From assembly GCA_036867785.1 (NCBI GenBank), contig CP145409.1, positions 62,001-126,000 on the forward strand: DNA of 64,000 nucleotides, given 5' to 3'. This stretch comes from Plasmodiophora brassicae. Its lineage: Eukaryota. The notes beneath the pieces were generated by a model. It did not search any database, was not told the DNA's origin, and saw nothing but the letters and a program-made list of their open reading frames with translations. A program made the translations under genes and the position numbers. Positions within the stretch are counted from its first letter, which is position 1; each line of letters begins with the position of its first letter. This document shows, piece by piece, positions 37,222-49,743 of this stretch.

Positions 37222-38860
37222 CTACCGGCGCTGTCGGTCAGACAACCTGAAGGTCGGATCTCGCCAGGTCGGCATGATGCAGGGCACCGTCGTCGAATCG
37301 GCCGCCTCAGGTTCATGTCTCAGTAAAATGTGGTATTCTTGGAATTGGAGCGCGAGGTAGTCGAAGGCATCGCGGTAGTCGGCCCGCTCCGGGTGCATTA
37401 GCCAAATTCGCCAATCGATCAGCGGGTGCAGCAAGCGCATGGGCTCGACGCAACCCCCCCAGGTGGAACTGAAACGTCGGGTAACACCCGACACACCCCT
37501 GGCACGGGATCAGGCAGACCAGGTACCGGTTGCAGATCCAGGAGAGGACAGCGTACGCGTGCTTCGAATTCGCCGGCACATCGCTCCACGGGATGCGGCT
37601 GGGTGTACCGCTGGACCTGCAGCGCCATCAGCTTCCCCTTTGCGCCGTCCCACGTCCGCTGGTGCAGCTTCTGTAGCAGGGCGCTCTCCCGTCGGCAGCG
37701 GCGGCAATCTCGGCACACGTCGACCCGTGCGCTTGCACTCGTCGACCAGCTGCTGGCGCACGCGCTGCGCCGGCGCGCCGGCCGCCCACAGCTGGTTGCA
37801 GCGTGCGAGCACCGGGCACCGGCGCGTCATCTTCACGACGTTGCTGTGTCGATCCGCGAGCGCCCGCTTCGCCGTTAACGGCAGGAACTGCACATTCTCG
37901 CCGACGATCGGCAGCGCATCCATCGGAACGGACGCCGCGATTTGCTCGATCTTGAAGAGACGAGTCGCGCGCAGCCGAACGACGTGCGGCCGCCGGTGGG
38001 ATGCCGGCTGCGCGCAGCATCAGGACGTTGCCGCGCACGATACATTGCCACCGACGACTTCATCAACGAGTCTATGCCCACGAGCGACGCTTACGAATGA
38101 TCCGAGAAGGCCAGGCCATACTCGGCGCGGGCGCGGACCCAGATGAAGATGAGCAGTCGCTTGCGGGCCAGGGAGAAGTGCTTGGTTGCAAGGGCGCCGG
38201 TCCGTCCGATCGCCACTCGCCAGAAGCAGCGACTTGGCCTTCCCCGTCCTGTTCGTGAGCTGGGCACCATTGGCGAAATCACGTCGCGTATCACCATTCC
38301 CAGGAACTTGGTAACTTGGTCGAAGACGCCAGGTCGGCCTCGTCCGGGATCTCGTCTCCCATGGTTGTGAACGTCGCGCCGCGGCGCGCCGGGTCCTTCG
38401 TCACCTGTGGCTTTCGAGCATTGAATACGAACCGGTGCCGCCGGTCGTAATCCTCGCGGTGATCCAGCATCCGCTGCGCGACGTCGTCCGACAACGCGTA
38501 AAGCGACGTGTCGTCGGCGAACATCTGCGCAGAGATGGGCTGACCGTACAGCGAGGGTGCAACGCGTCCGAAGACGCGGCACAGCCCGACCGGCAGGTCG
38601 TCGATGTGGATGTTGAACAGGAGCAGGGACAACACGGCTCTCTGGAAGACGCCGACCAGCACGTCAATCGCGCTCGACAGCTGCCTGTCCAGCATCATCT
38701 GGAACGTGCATCCGTCGAACTGCGACTGGACGACAGCGACATTAACGTGAGCGGGGACGCCGCGCGCCAGCAACTTCTCGTTGGCGAGGGCGCGCTCGGT
38801 CGTGTCGTACGCTTTCTGGTTGTCCAGGAGGATCGTCGTGACCGGCTGCTTCAGCCGTCG
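37222..38860 (-). pseudogene. Decayed non-LTR retrotransposon (LINE) ORF2 fragment: reverse transcriptase + CCHC knuckle
   Basis: ILLDNQKAYD, GVFQRAVLSLLLFNIHIDDL, MFADD, FNARK and FLGM, followed by CQGCVGCYPTFQFHLGGC. Multiple frameshifts and stops. Confidence 0.85.
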
Positions 38861-39059
38861 TTACTTGTCGATCAGCTCGTTGGCGACCAAGAATCGATAT
38901 TCAGTACGTAGGGGCCGTGGTTCAACCACGTTGACGTCATCGAGAACAACGGCGCAGCACCACGCCAGACCACGTCGCCGACCCCCCAACATCGACGCCG
39001 GACACCAGCCGAGCTTCGCAGCGAATTTCCGGACGCTCTGCGTCTGACCCCAATACCGG

Positions 39060-39165
39060 TTTCGCTACCAGTTGTACCAGTTTCGCGTACCAGTTGTACC
39101 AGTTTTGCTACCAGTTGTACCAGTTTTGCTACCAGTTGCACCAGTTGCACCAGTTTTGCTGGTAG
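39060..39165 (-). repeat. Inverted copy of the 21/22-bp array (~5 units), right subterminal array
   Basis: gctaccagttgtaccagtttt units. Confidence 0.95.
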
Positions 39166-39799
39166 TCTGCCGTCGGTCCGCCATGGCATCGAGCGCCGAC
39201 CGCCGACCGGCGACCACGGTAGGCCGACAAACCAATGAAACCATGCGCAAACTTGCGCAACCTTGCGCAAACTTGCGCAAACTTGCGCAACGTTGCGCAA
39301 CGTTGCGCGCGCAACGCGCCGTACCTTGCGCGCGCAACGTTTTTTTTTGTAGCTTCGAGGGTGGTTGCCGCCTCGGCATACCCTGGAGACATCACGGACT
39401 CGGCCGCGGACTCCGCCACGGTTGGCCTGTACCTACATACGTACATACGGACACCGGGAAGGTGATGTCCGGGAAGGACAGTAGATAGCGAGCGCGGCAC
39501 ACACAGCGTCTTGCTACGCCCGTCCGTTATGCATCTATCCTACAGGAACAATGTCCTGCGCACCTACGAATCGTTTTCAGCTACATGCGCATGGGGCATT
39601 CGGATGCAAACCGTATTGTCTGCCACGTTGGTTCCTGACGCTCCCGGATCCGCTATGTAGATAGGTATCGGTATTTGCAGCGCCATGCAGTCCTGTACTG
39701 GTGATATGCCGAAGATGATCAGCGAGAAAACCAAAGTCGAAGAGAACAGCGGTACCGGTGATCGCGGACTCCGTGGCGGACTTCGTAACGTCCAACAGG

Positions 39800-40232
39800 A
39801 TGCCCTCGTTGAAATGGGAATTCCGGCAGGCCTCGCCGACCGCCTTGTTCTGCCCGTCATGCCAATCCATCATGAGGTTGCCAGATGAGCACGACGTCAT
39901 ATCGTGTTATGAATGCCCGTTGACCTGCAAATCCGACGGTGGGTGCAGTCGTTCCCACCATGGGCTCGTTGGCATCTGACCGTTCGCGTTCAGACCTCCA
40001 TGTCGCCAAACAGATTGATTCAGCGACGTCTGCGGCTAACAATGCGGCAACGACGCTGGTGTCGAACAACGCTATGGCAACTGCTACGCGGGCCACAGTA
40101 CAGGAAGAATGTCCATCGTGCGGGCACCCGGAACTGTCGTTCTACACGATGCAGATGCGCTCCGCTGATGAAGGCCAGACTGTTTTCTACGAATGCATGA
40201 AGTGCGGCCATAAGTATTCACTAAACAATTGA
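39800..40232 (+). CDS. RPA12: RNA polymerase I subunit A12 (2 exons)
   Basis: FCPSC...CYEC N-terminal ribbon, then RATVQEECPSCGH...YTMQMRSADEGQTVFYEC..CGHKYSLNN. Confidence 0.92.
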
Positions 40233-40376
40233 TCTTAGCTCAGTACTGGCATGGAAATGGAACAGGATGCGCGCTACACGCGCCGTAATTCTGGAATAAT
40301 CGAGAGCATTGGCCATAGTTCGAGAGCAGTTTGGCTCTATGACTAGTGTGCTACCCGTGGCGAACCACGGAACGTT

Positions 40377-41540
40377 ATGGGAGCATCGTCATCATCATCC
40401 GCGACGCGGGCGAGCTCTTTCACGACGTCATGCTACCCGTTTAGGCTGTATCGCCCCAGCTGGCGCGCAGCCTATCGACCTACAAAGTTGGAGGACGACG
40501 ACAGTGATGGCAGCGGTGATCAGATAGAAGTCACAAGTCTGCCGAGGAACCCGACGGCTCTCCTGTCATGTATTACCATCGATGATGGGGTCGCGGTTTC
40601 ATCTGTGGAACTTCCCGCTGGATTACAGATCTGCCCGTTAGCAGATGCGATCGCATCCACAGTCACGAAAACGCGTTCCCAGATCGACGCGTTGTCCACA
40701 GACCCGACCCGTATGCCAAACTACCGGCTGCTCGGGCATGACCAGTATGGCGTCAGCCCGTTCCCGCATTCGTGCACGCCCAGTGCATGGGTCGTCGGGC
40801 ACTTCATCGAGCTACGCCGAACAGTGAGAGCTGGCGACGCGATTACGCTCGACTTCACGTTCTTCGAAACAGAATCGTCCTTGTACCATGGCCGACCGTG
40901 CATGTGCGGATGCGGCGCCCCGGCTCTGGCCTTCGACAAGTGGCGGGACGTTGGGCTCATGAAGATTGCCAGACGGCACGTTGGCCGGCTGATCGCTGCC
41001 AAGTTCAAGGAGAACGGGTGGCATGACCCGCGGATTGAGGTCAGGCACTCGAGAGCATCGGGCATGTTGGGACTGCATTGTCGAGGTACAACGATCTCGG
41101 CAGGCGAACTGATCGCAGTGTTCGCGGGGAAGACGATCCACCGGAAGTACATGTTCAAGCCCGGGGCGGTATCGTCGCGTGACTATGAGATGTCGCTGCA
41201 GATCCAGGACGAGCTGTGGCAGATCCCAAACGAGGACGGCCCGGAGACGACCGACTACATCAACCACTCGTGCGCACCGAGCGCAGGCATGAAGGATTCC
41301 GTCTCCCTGGTCGCCATCAGAGACATCGTCCCGGGCGAGGAGGTCACGATCGACTACGGGATGGTCAACAATGGCCTGCTGCAGAATGCCAGCGACAACT
41401 TCGTTTGCCGGTGCCGTGCGACGAACTGTCGAGGTCGAATCACCACCAACGACTGGCAACACCCTAACGTTCGTCGCCTTCAGCAGTATTGTTCTCCATT
41501 CGTTCAAGAGAAAATGTCGGCGACCACATCAATCTGTTAG
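40377..41540 (+). CDS. SET + post-SET domain methyltransferase, intronless
   Basis: GMLGL, DYINHSCAPS, IRDIVPGEEVTIDY and FVCRCRATNCRGRI. Confidence 0.88.
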   Translation: MGASSSSSATRASSFTTSCYPFRLYRPSWRAAYRPTKLEDDDSDGSGDQIEVTSLPRNPTALLSCITIDDGVAVSSVELPAGLQICPLADAIASTVTKTRSQIDALSTDPTRMPNYRLLGHDQYGVSPFPHSCTPSAWVVGHFIELRRTVRAGDAITLDFTFFETESSLYHGRPCMCGCGAPALAFDKWRDVGLMKIARRHVGRLIAAKFKENGWHDPRIEVRHSRASGMLGLHCRGTTISAGELIAVFAGKTIHRKYMFKPGAVSSRDYEMSLQIQDELWQIPNEDGPETTDYINHSCAPSAGMKDSVSLVAIRDIVPGEEVTIDYGMVNNGLLQNASDNFVCRCRATNCRGRITTNDWQHPNVRRLQQYCSPFVQEKMSATTSIC

Positions 41541-42127
41541 AGACGTCTTCTACGTACGTACCGGACCTACAAGTATAAAGAGCAGAAAAAAATGTGAAAC
41601 TCGGCAAAAACTGAGGTCTAATCTCAATGTGAATATGGGTGATCTGGGCGTCCATTCAAGTCAGTTTTCCTTCCACTGCTGACGGTGGGAAGTTTTCCCT
41701 GCTCCGTTTCCGGCCTTAGGCGGTACCTCCCTCATTATCAACCACGACGCCCCGCCCTCCGGCGGGTCGCCATTGTTGGCCGCCGGCTTGGAATGGGCCG
41801 ACCGTCAACATGGACCTCCCAGGCCCAACATCACAACGGATTATCCACACAGTCTTTGTCCCCGCACGGGTCACAGGATATCGCTACTACCCCGACATTG
41901 GACCAATGTTCCACCTGGCCCTATATACCCAGCCACTTCACGCACTGCCACAGCCTATGGGACCGGCGCGAACACACTGGCGGACTCGGACTGCCCATGT
42001 CGGATCAGCAACAAGGTATGGCAACCTGACCCTATTAACGCAGTCCCAGAGCCTACGGGAGGGCCTGGGCCTAAACCGGTGAATAATCCAGTCGAATTCT
42101 GGAGCCGAGATGAATATAATACATTAA

Positions 42128-44956
42128 TTATGACCGTGGTGATAATTGGTCTGAGTGTGATATGGCAGAAACGGGCATCTGGATGTGTGTTCCGCCTTCA
42201 AAGTCGAGACGTAGTGATCGCATCTGGACCGGTTGCGATAGCGATCGGGCGCGGCGAAGGGCGAATTCGCTCTCGACAACCGATACGCGACTGCGCCGCT
42301 GTTCGGCGGCAATGGCTTCCATGATCTTCTCCTTCGTGCGTTGCATCTGCATTTCAATCTGGCTTTCGCCAATGCTGGCCTGGATGACATCTTCCTGCTG
42401 ATGCCGCATGATTCGCCCGATTCGCGATATGCGAACAAGCTGGTAGATGCGAAGCAAGACGATGGTGGTGTAAATGGGACTAATCCCGGTAACGAACAGC
42501 TGCAGGATCGAGAGGAAGAATGCACTCATAACGATGGTTATGTCGAAGGCTACCATAACGGTACGCTTGAAAAACTTTGGTCCAGCTGCGTACAATTTCA
42601 CAATTCTGCCAAGAAACCAATGTGAGCACTTGAAGAGGCGAATGATCGTTACAAAACGTACATCTCGATGACAAACAATGTGGGAATGATAGGCGTCAGG
42701 TACGGAAGATACGCCTGGGGAGCCAGATCCGGGAAGTAGATCAACGTCATGATGGTCACGTGAACCAAAATCAGCCAGCAGATAGCAACCTGCATGCGGC
42801 CGCCAAACATAACGATGGATAGTTGCATTCGAATGCGATCACGTCGGCTCATCAGCATTAGTGTGGAGGCACGTCGCAACTGAGTTGGCGTGATGACAAC
42901 CGATGACAAGTCATCGTCCTAAAGCGAACAACGAGAATCAGTTGACAGGGCATCGTAGACAGCCCAACGATGAACACACAGTAGCCTTCTTGATCCCCTT
43001 CCGTCGGGCTTCTATGACAATGTCCAAATCCACGAGCTGTCCGACGTGAATGATGATGGTGTAAATAGGAACCGTTGACGAAAAGCACAGGAGGAGTACG
43101 GTTAGGGGCGTTGCCACGATGGGAACTGCACACGCAACAACCAGATTTAGGTCAGCATTAGGGGCAGACCAGAACGAAGACTGCATGCACGTACGCATAG
43201 CCAGAGGGGGCCAGTTGACAGGAAGCAGATCGGCAGAGAAGTATATAGCAAGAGAAATGAGGCACACCATCAGGAAAAGGGACACTTGCATCATCCTATG
43301 AAACTTCAATAAGAATACAACAGGAATCCACTGTCTGCATGCAAACCTGAGCATGAACACATGGGAATTGAACCAAAACAAGTTCATCTGGGAGAACTCA
43401 ACGTTGTGCAGAGACTGAACTCTGGCTAATCGAGTCGGTGCATCTGCGGGATGCGCCTCACTGGATTCGCTGGACTCTCGTACAACGTCGTCGTGCCCAG
43501 GAAGTAAAGCTGTACATAGGCGCGTTAGCACCAGGCGTGCAACAGAAATGGTAAACTTCGGATATTACAAGTCTGTCCCCAGTGGTCAACCTGGAAGGTT
43601 CGAGCAACACGGCGAACCGCTGACTCTGCCGTAAAATGTGCAACAGGTCGCCGGGCCGGCTTGTCTGCGCCGTTGTTTTCGTACGTATACGAAAGGGACC
43701 TCTCTGGTCCTTCTTCTTCATCTTCCTTCCAATGATCAATATAATACCTGTAAGGGCCCGCATCAGCCCAGAACACAGATGCGGCGCAACGCGATCGTGC
43801 CTTGCAGCTATGGGGTCGAAGTCAATCATCTCAGAATGACACAGAATTTCGGCAAGAATGTGTCGAGCCTTGAGAAGAACACCCCATGGGACCAAACACA
43901 ATATGGCTGCGATGACCACGCAAGCTGTTTGGTAGAATGGCTTGCTGAGCCCCTGAGCGTCTAAATAGCGAGTCTCAAATACTGATACCCGCATATGCCA
44001 CGATGTGGTGCGCCATACATGTGAAGAGCGGTACAATGGAATTCCGCTGAATCATGTCGACCAACAGGATGACAAGCATGGCCATCCAGCACGACGTATG
44101 GATGTCTCCAAACTGAAGCATGACGTGGCTCTTGCATTTTCGCAAATATCGAGCGAACGAAAACGATGGCTGGAGGTGGTTCGAATGCAGGAAATGCAAC
44201 CTTAAGTCATGGAACGATATCTGTTCGACAAGCTTGAAGTACCTGGAGATGATGTTAATCAAAGCGGCCACGAACCAAACGCACTGCAGCGACTCACTTC
44301 ATTCGCAAAGGAATGTGTAACACGCGGAACACAGGGTTCAACGATTCGAACGATTGTCGAACTTGTTCAAACTGCATCTTAACGGCCATGTAGTCGGCGT
44401 GATCCTGAGCCACAGCAGTCAACGGGCACTTCTGCAACTAGGTCGAGAAGCAATACCTGTTTCTCGTAACTATCCCACAGCTTGGAAATGCGGACAGACA
44501 ACCACATTAACAATCCGGTGATCAATGTATAGCTGATCGCGATCGTGAAGATCTGTCGCATTCCGTTTCAGATGGTGCCCAAACGAACGGCTATCGATCA
44601 GGTTACCATGATATGCATGAGCTCAAACTGCGATTTCTGCGACCAAACAGAAGCGCCATGCGACGTCCTCGTCTCCAGAATGAACAGGCCAAATGATATC
44701 AAACCGAGGACCATCAGCTCCCGGTAGAGGTGGTGCAGCATTTCCGATAAATGCTTATAACGTTTAAGAACCTGGTTCGCTGGTATCAGGCCACCATTCC
44801 ATATCGATCAGCACGCCCGCTCCGACGTACCTTCTCGAGCTTTACAGACAGCGAGTGCAGAAGCAGCGTGATCAGTATGGTGAAGACGGCGATCAGCTCG
44901 CCATCGTTATAGCCGGAGCTGCCCTCCTTGGCAGCGGCCGGACCCCCGCCCGACAT
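42128..44956 (-). CDS. MLO-like multi-pass membrane protein with C-terminal voltage-sensor-like domain; 3' end uncertain
   Basis: YRELMVLGLISFGL, FELMHIM, LRLHF...FSFARYL and LFWFNSH (MLO motifs), followed by a four-helix segment ending LLRIYQLVRISRIGRIMRH. Confidence 0.7.
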
Positions 44957-45959
44957 TGGCGAGTGATGGCGGCGGCGGCGGCGGCGTCGATATCAGACGT
45001 ACCTACTGTCCCAGTCGGTCGGATACCCTTGTGGGCAGTGTCGAGCCCAACCACCAGCAAAACGCTCCCACGCATGAACGGAATTAAGGCCTGGGATTAA
45101 TCCGCATCACGGGGACCTCCCGCACAAACCGGCACAGTAGACTGACGCTCGCCGAGGAGGCACAGTCGTCCCGAGTACTGACTCTGTATAGGCAGATAGG
45201 AGAGCCATGACTTATCACCTGTGCAAGCCAGGACATTGGAGGAACTTCTTCACGCCAAGCGCGCGCCCGCCTTGCCATGTCTCCGGCGTGGAATATTCTT
45301 CAGCTGGGACTGCCTGGTGACCTAAACCTCACCTGGTACAGTGGCACGTTATGGCACCTTATTGCATCATTGAGCTCCGCGTCAAATGACAGGCCACGGA
45401 AATTCCAAAGGGACGACGCTGTCCAGAGTTTCAACTTGGTGACGCTGTCGACAGCTTCGTTTCGCATTCGGAGTGAGCAGCGCAAGTAGGGTATATTGAA
45501 GGCGATCCCAATGATAGTCAAGTGCCTTGCCTGACGGCGCTCTTGGTACGATTGCCGGAATTGGCTGTGACTCGTGGAACCACTCACCAGCGACTCGGCC
45601 ATGTCCTGAAGGCCATGCATGGGCGACAGTAATGCCCCAATGGCAGCATGCGCATGCTCTCCCGTTCATTGGCAGTGATCCGACTCTACATCGCCAGCAG
45701 CAGCGTAACAAATTGCACGACAATCGAGGATAACCGCTGGCCAGTGAAGCGCAGCCCCGATTTCGTTATTACGCACGTTGACCACGCTACGATACCGGGG
45801 ACGTGAAACAGCGAGCATTGGTCGAGTAGGTATCAATCTGCCCGCGCCGGACTTCCCCTGGCCAAGTTCTTCTGACTGAAATTGAGAAGTGCTACGTTCG
45901 AATGACGAAGGCAGGAAGCTGTCTGAAAAAGGAAGGGTTCGGCGTGACAATGTATTTAT

Positions 45960-46451
<492 letters not shown>

Positions 46452-46597
46452 CTACCAGCGCACACGCCTCGAACGAATCTGTTGAAGACACGCACTGCAA
46501 CTCCGCGACGCACTCCGCGACCCTGTCTCTGTATATGGACCATGCCCTAATATTGCCATACTCCAGGGGCCGGCTGTGTACGTTGATCAGTCCTTTG

Positions 46598-48388
46598 TTA
46601 CATCTTCTTCTTCGGGACAGTGCGTTTCAGGTCGTTCCAGCGCTCGAGGGCGAGCCGTTCTGCCTTATCAAGGGCGGCCTGCGTGTCGAGTTGATGACGG
46701 CGGGCAGTCTCGAACTCGGCAGATAGCTCGACAGACTGGCGTCTGAGATCGTTGATCTCCTCGATGGCCTGCTGCTGGTCGCGGATCGACGTCTCGACCC
46801 GAGCTCGAAGCGAATCCAGCATGGATGCGGAATTGTCATGGCGGTCGCGAAGCGACGCGACCAGTTTGAGCTGGGCGGCGTGTTGGGCAACCGGCGCGTT
46901 CGCCTCGACCACCGACGCCTCATAACGCTGTGCATGATCGCGTTGCAAACGTTCGAGTCCCGCTAGCTCGGTCTTGGCAACATCTAACGCCGCCTTCGCA
47001 TCATCAACCTCTCTTCTGAGCTTGCTGATGGTGCTCTCAGACGTCTCCGCTTCCAGTGCTGTCACTCGCTCCGTCTTGCTGGCCAGTTCCGGTTGAATTC
47101 GCGCATGCCACGCGTTCTCCTTCACGATGTCGTCCTCGGTGGCGCTGAGGTCAGCAAGCAGCGGCGACCGCTTCCGCTCCATGTGCCCGCGGATCAGTGT
47201 CTCTTGCCGAGCGACCGTTTCAGGTGACTTGGCTTTGAGCAGGTCGCGCACCTCCTCCAGCACCTCCAGCCGTTGCACCGCTTCGTCCATTGCGATCCTG
47301 GCCATGCGCTTCCTGTATCCCTTCAGCGACGGGTGATCTACCGTCAGCGTGTCCTGGGCGTCGGTATCCTCCGTATCGGCGACATCAGGGACTGTGTCGT
47401 ATTCGGTCGTGGCTGCCGCCACACGATCCCGCTGGCCGCGAATCGCTGCCTCGACCTCGTTGATGCCGCCCTTCAGGACCAGGCGTACGAGATCCGTCTC
47501 CAGCAACGATATACCCTTCAGCAGCGCTTCCGTCGTCGTCTTTCGATGTGCTAACGCGGCGCCCTTGGTTCTCGATTCCAGCACGAGACGCGAATGCTCC
47601 TGGATCTCCCGGCGCAGCGTCCCCATCTGTGCGATCGCACCCTTCAGCGTCACCGAACTCGACGCCAGTCGCGCCTGTGCATCCGCAAGACGCTGCTCGG
47701 CGGGCACCACCTTGTCGGCACGTTGGACGTCCACCGCCTTGTCAGCGTCATCGGCCGCCTGTCGCAGGTTGCGAAGCCGATCCCGATCGTCGTCGATGCG
47801 CTTGGCAAGGTCCGCCAGAACGTGTTCCTCCTTGGCGATCTTCTCCAGGCGCGCGGCAGCGCCCTTATCCGCTTGCTCCGCCTCGTTCAGGAACGCGGTC
47901 AGCAACGGCGCCATCTTGTCCACAACGGCATGACGCGACTTGTACGCCTTCTCGAGCGCGTTGGCGCGCTTGCCGAGGCCAGCGACGATGTTGGATGCGG
48001 CCGTATAGGCCTGGCGACGGTCGGCGAGGTCGACGAGCGCCTCGTGGAATTGCTGGGCCGGGCCGGACGCGGATGCCTCCCAGGCGATCTGCGTCGCCTC
48101 GCTGGCCAAGGCTTTCGTCATGGACGAAAGGTCAAGTGGGGCATCACGAGCGTTGAGTATCGCGCGAACGGTCGTTCTGAGGTCGCGCTCATCGGGCTGG
48201 CCCGACAGCAGGGACGACGCGGACGGAGCGGCGGACAGGTCCACCCAGGAGGCCGGCACGAAATTCAGCGCGACGCCGATGACGACGCCGCTGACGACGA
48301 ACGCGATGACCTGCGACAGGACGGGCACCGACTGCTCCAGATGACGGGCCTGCTCGCGCTCGCGCAGATAGTCTTCAACGCCCTGCAT
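46598..48388 (-). CDS. Long coiled-coil protein with N-terminal transmembrane segment
   Basis: 596-aa ORF with hydrophobic VIAFVVSGVVIGVALNFV, then heptad-rich Ala/Glu/Leu/Arg sequence. Confidence 0.75.
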   Translation of the reverse strand: MQGVEDYLREREQARHLEQSVPVLSQVIAFVVSGVVIGVALNFVPASWVDLSAAPSASSLLSGQPDERDLRTTVRAILNARDAPLDLSSMTKALASEATQIAWEASASGPAQQFHEALVDLADRRQAYTAASNIVAGLGKRANALEKAYKSRHAVVDKMAPLLTAFLNEAEQADKGAAARLEKIAKEEHVLADLAKRIDDDRDRLRNLRQAADDADKAVDVQRADKVVPAEQRLADAQARLASSSVTLKGAIAQMGTLRREIQEHSRLVLESRTKGAALAHRKTTTEALLKGISLLETDLVRLVLKGGINEVEAAIRGQRDRVAAATTEYDTVPDVADTEDTDAQDTLTVDHPSLKGYRKRMARIAMDEAVQRLEVLEEVRDLLKAKSPETVARQETLIRGHMERKRSPLLADLSATEDDIVKENAWHARIQPELASKTERVTALEAETSESTISKLRREVDDAKAALDVAKTELAGLERLQRDHAQRYEASVVEANAPVAQHAAQLKLVASLRDRHDNSASMLDSLRARVETSIRDQQQAIEEINDLRRQSVELSAEFETARRHQLDTQAALDKAERLALERWNDLKRTVPKKKM

Positions 48389-48745
48389 CGCACGTCGGGC
48401 GACGACGGACGCAACCCAAAACGGGCGCTATCGCCGTTGGTACCCTATACGGAGGCAGGCACGTCCCACCGGGGTCGATGCGCGCGCAGCTCTGCGCCAC
48501 CCGTCGTGGTGCACGAACTGCCTTCTTCACCAGTCGCCAGTCGCCACTTGTGAACTACCTACCTAACTACCCCTGCCAAGAGGACTCTACGTACTACTGT
48601 TGTTCCTCAAAATGCATCACCAAACAATCGCGGGGGGCCCGCCACGAATCGGGAAAAAAATCGTCGCCTGACGACGGGCGGACCCCGGGGCGAACGGTTG
48701 GTGGTGTATCCATCATTTTGCCCCGGCTGTGGTGATCGATTCGCG

Positions 48746-49660
48746 ATGCTGGCGAGCGAGTTCGGCGTCGCGGGCGGTGCGGCGCAGATGCCACGGACGC
48801 ATACACAGTGGGTGGCGTTCGGCGCCGGCTGCGTTGTGTGTGGGCGCGTTGTGGTGATCGGTTTCGTTGCGGGCGCAGGTCGCCGATTGTGACCGGGTCG
48901 TCCGTGCTCGGCATCGTGTACAAGGACGGGGTCATGATCATGGCCGACACGCTCGGGTCGTATGGATCCATGGCCCGGTTCCGCGGCTTGCAGCGTATCC
49001 GCAAGATTACCGACACGACCCTGATCGGCGCTGGTGGGGAGTACAGCGATTTTCAGGAAATCATGCACATCCTGAAGGACCTGACCATCAGGTTTGCGTA
49101 CTCCACATTCGCACGTCCTATTCCACATCTGATCGATGGTTGCGTGTATCGTTCAGGGATTGGGCGAACGACGATGGCAACATTCTTGGCAGCTCCGAGG
49201 TGTTCAACTATCTGACGCGTGTCATGTACTCCAAGCGGTCGAATGTCAACCCGTTCTGGAACCAGTTGCTGGTTGCTGGGTTTGAACAAGGCAAAAGGTC
49301 GTACCCCACAGCCAATCGTCTACGTTATCACCGTGCTGACGAGCTCTTCCACCTAGCCTTCTCGGCTACGTTGATCTGTACGGGACGTCGTACAAGGACG
49401 TGGTGGCCGCGACCGGGTTCGGCACATATCTCGGCATCCCACTGCTTCGTAAGGCGTGGCGCCAGGGTCTGTCGGCAGAGGAAGCCAGGAAGATCCTCGA
49501 GGATGCCCACCGTGTCCTGCTGTACCGCGACGGGCGGACGCTGAACAAGTTCCAGATTGCAAAGGTGACCGCCGACGGTGTCAACATCTCCGAGCCGTAC
49601 TCGCTGAAGACCGACTGGGAATACCGCCGCTTTGTCGACCCGGATGATACCGCCATGTGA
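48746..49660 (+). CDS. PSMB4: 20S proteasome subunit beta-7 (Pre4)
   Basis: TQ-SPIVTGSSVLG...ADTLGSYGS, GEYSDFQ, YLTRVMY.KRS..NPFWN, ATGFG and VLLYRDGR. Confidence 0.95.
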
Positions 49661-49743
49661 GCGCGGCTATCGTGACGGCCGTACTCTGCATATCAATGTA
49701 ATCCGCTCAAGCATCGGCACACGCTTGCCTGCTATGCTGCTGT

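Larger units (their letters stand above)
35051..39369. mobile_element. Foldback-type DNA element with complex TIRs; superfamily unassigned
   Basis: Inverted ends ACCACCCTYGAAGCTRCAAAAAAAA, 10-bp GCGCAAAC.. repeats and 21-bp repeats in mirror orientation. Direct GCCTCGGC at 35043-35050 and 39370-39377. Confidence 0.8.

Noticed and set aside
38291-38773. Reverse transcriptase as a domesticated or retron-like system
   Set aside because: The motifs are typical non-LTR ORF2 and are interrupted by frameshifts and stops, so this is a decayed LINE.
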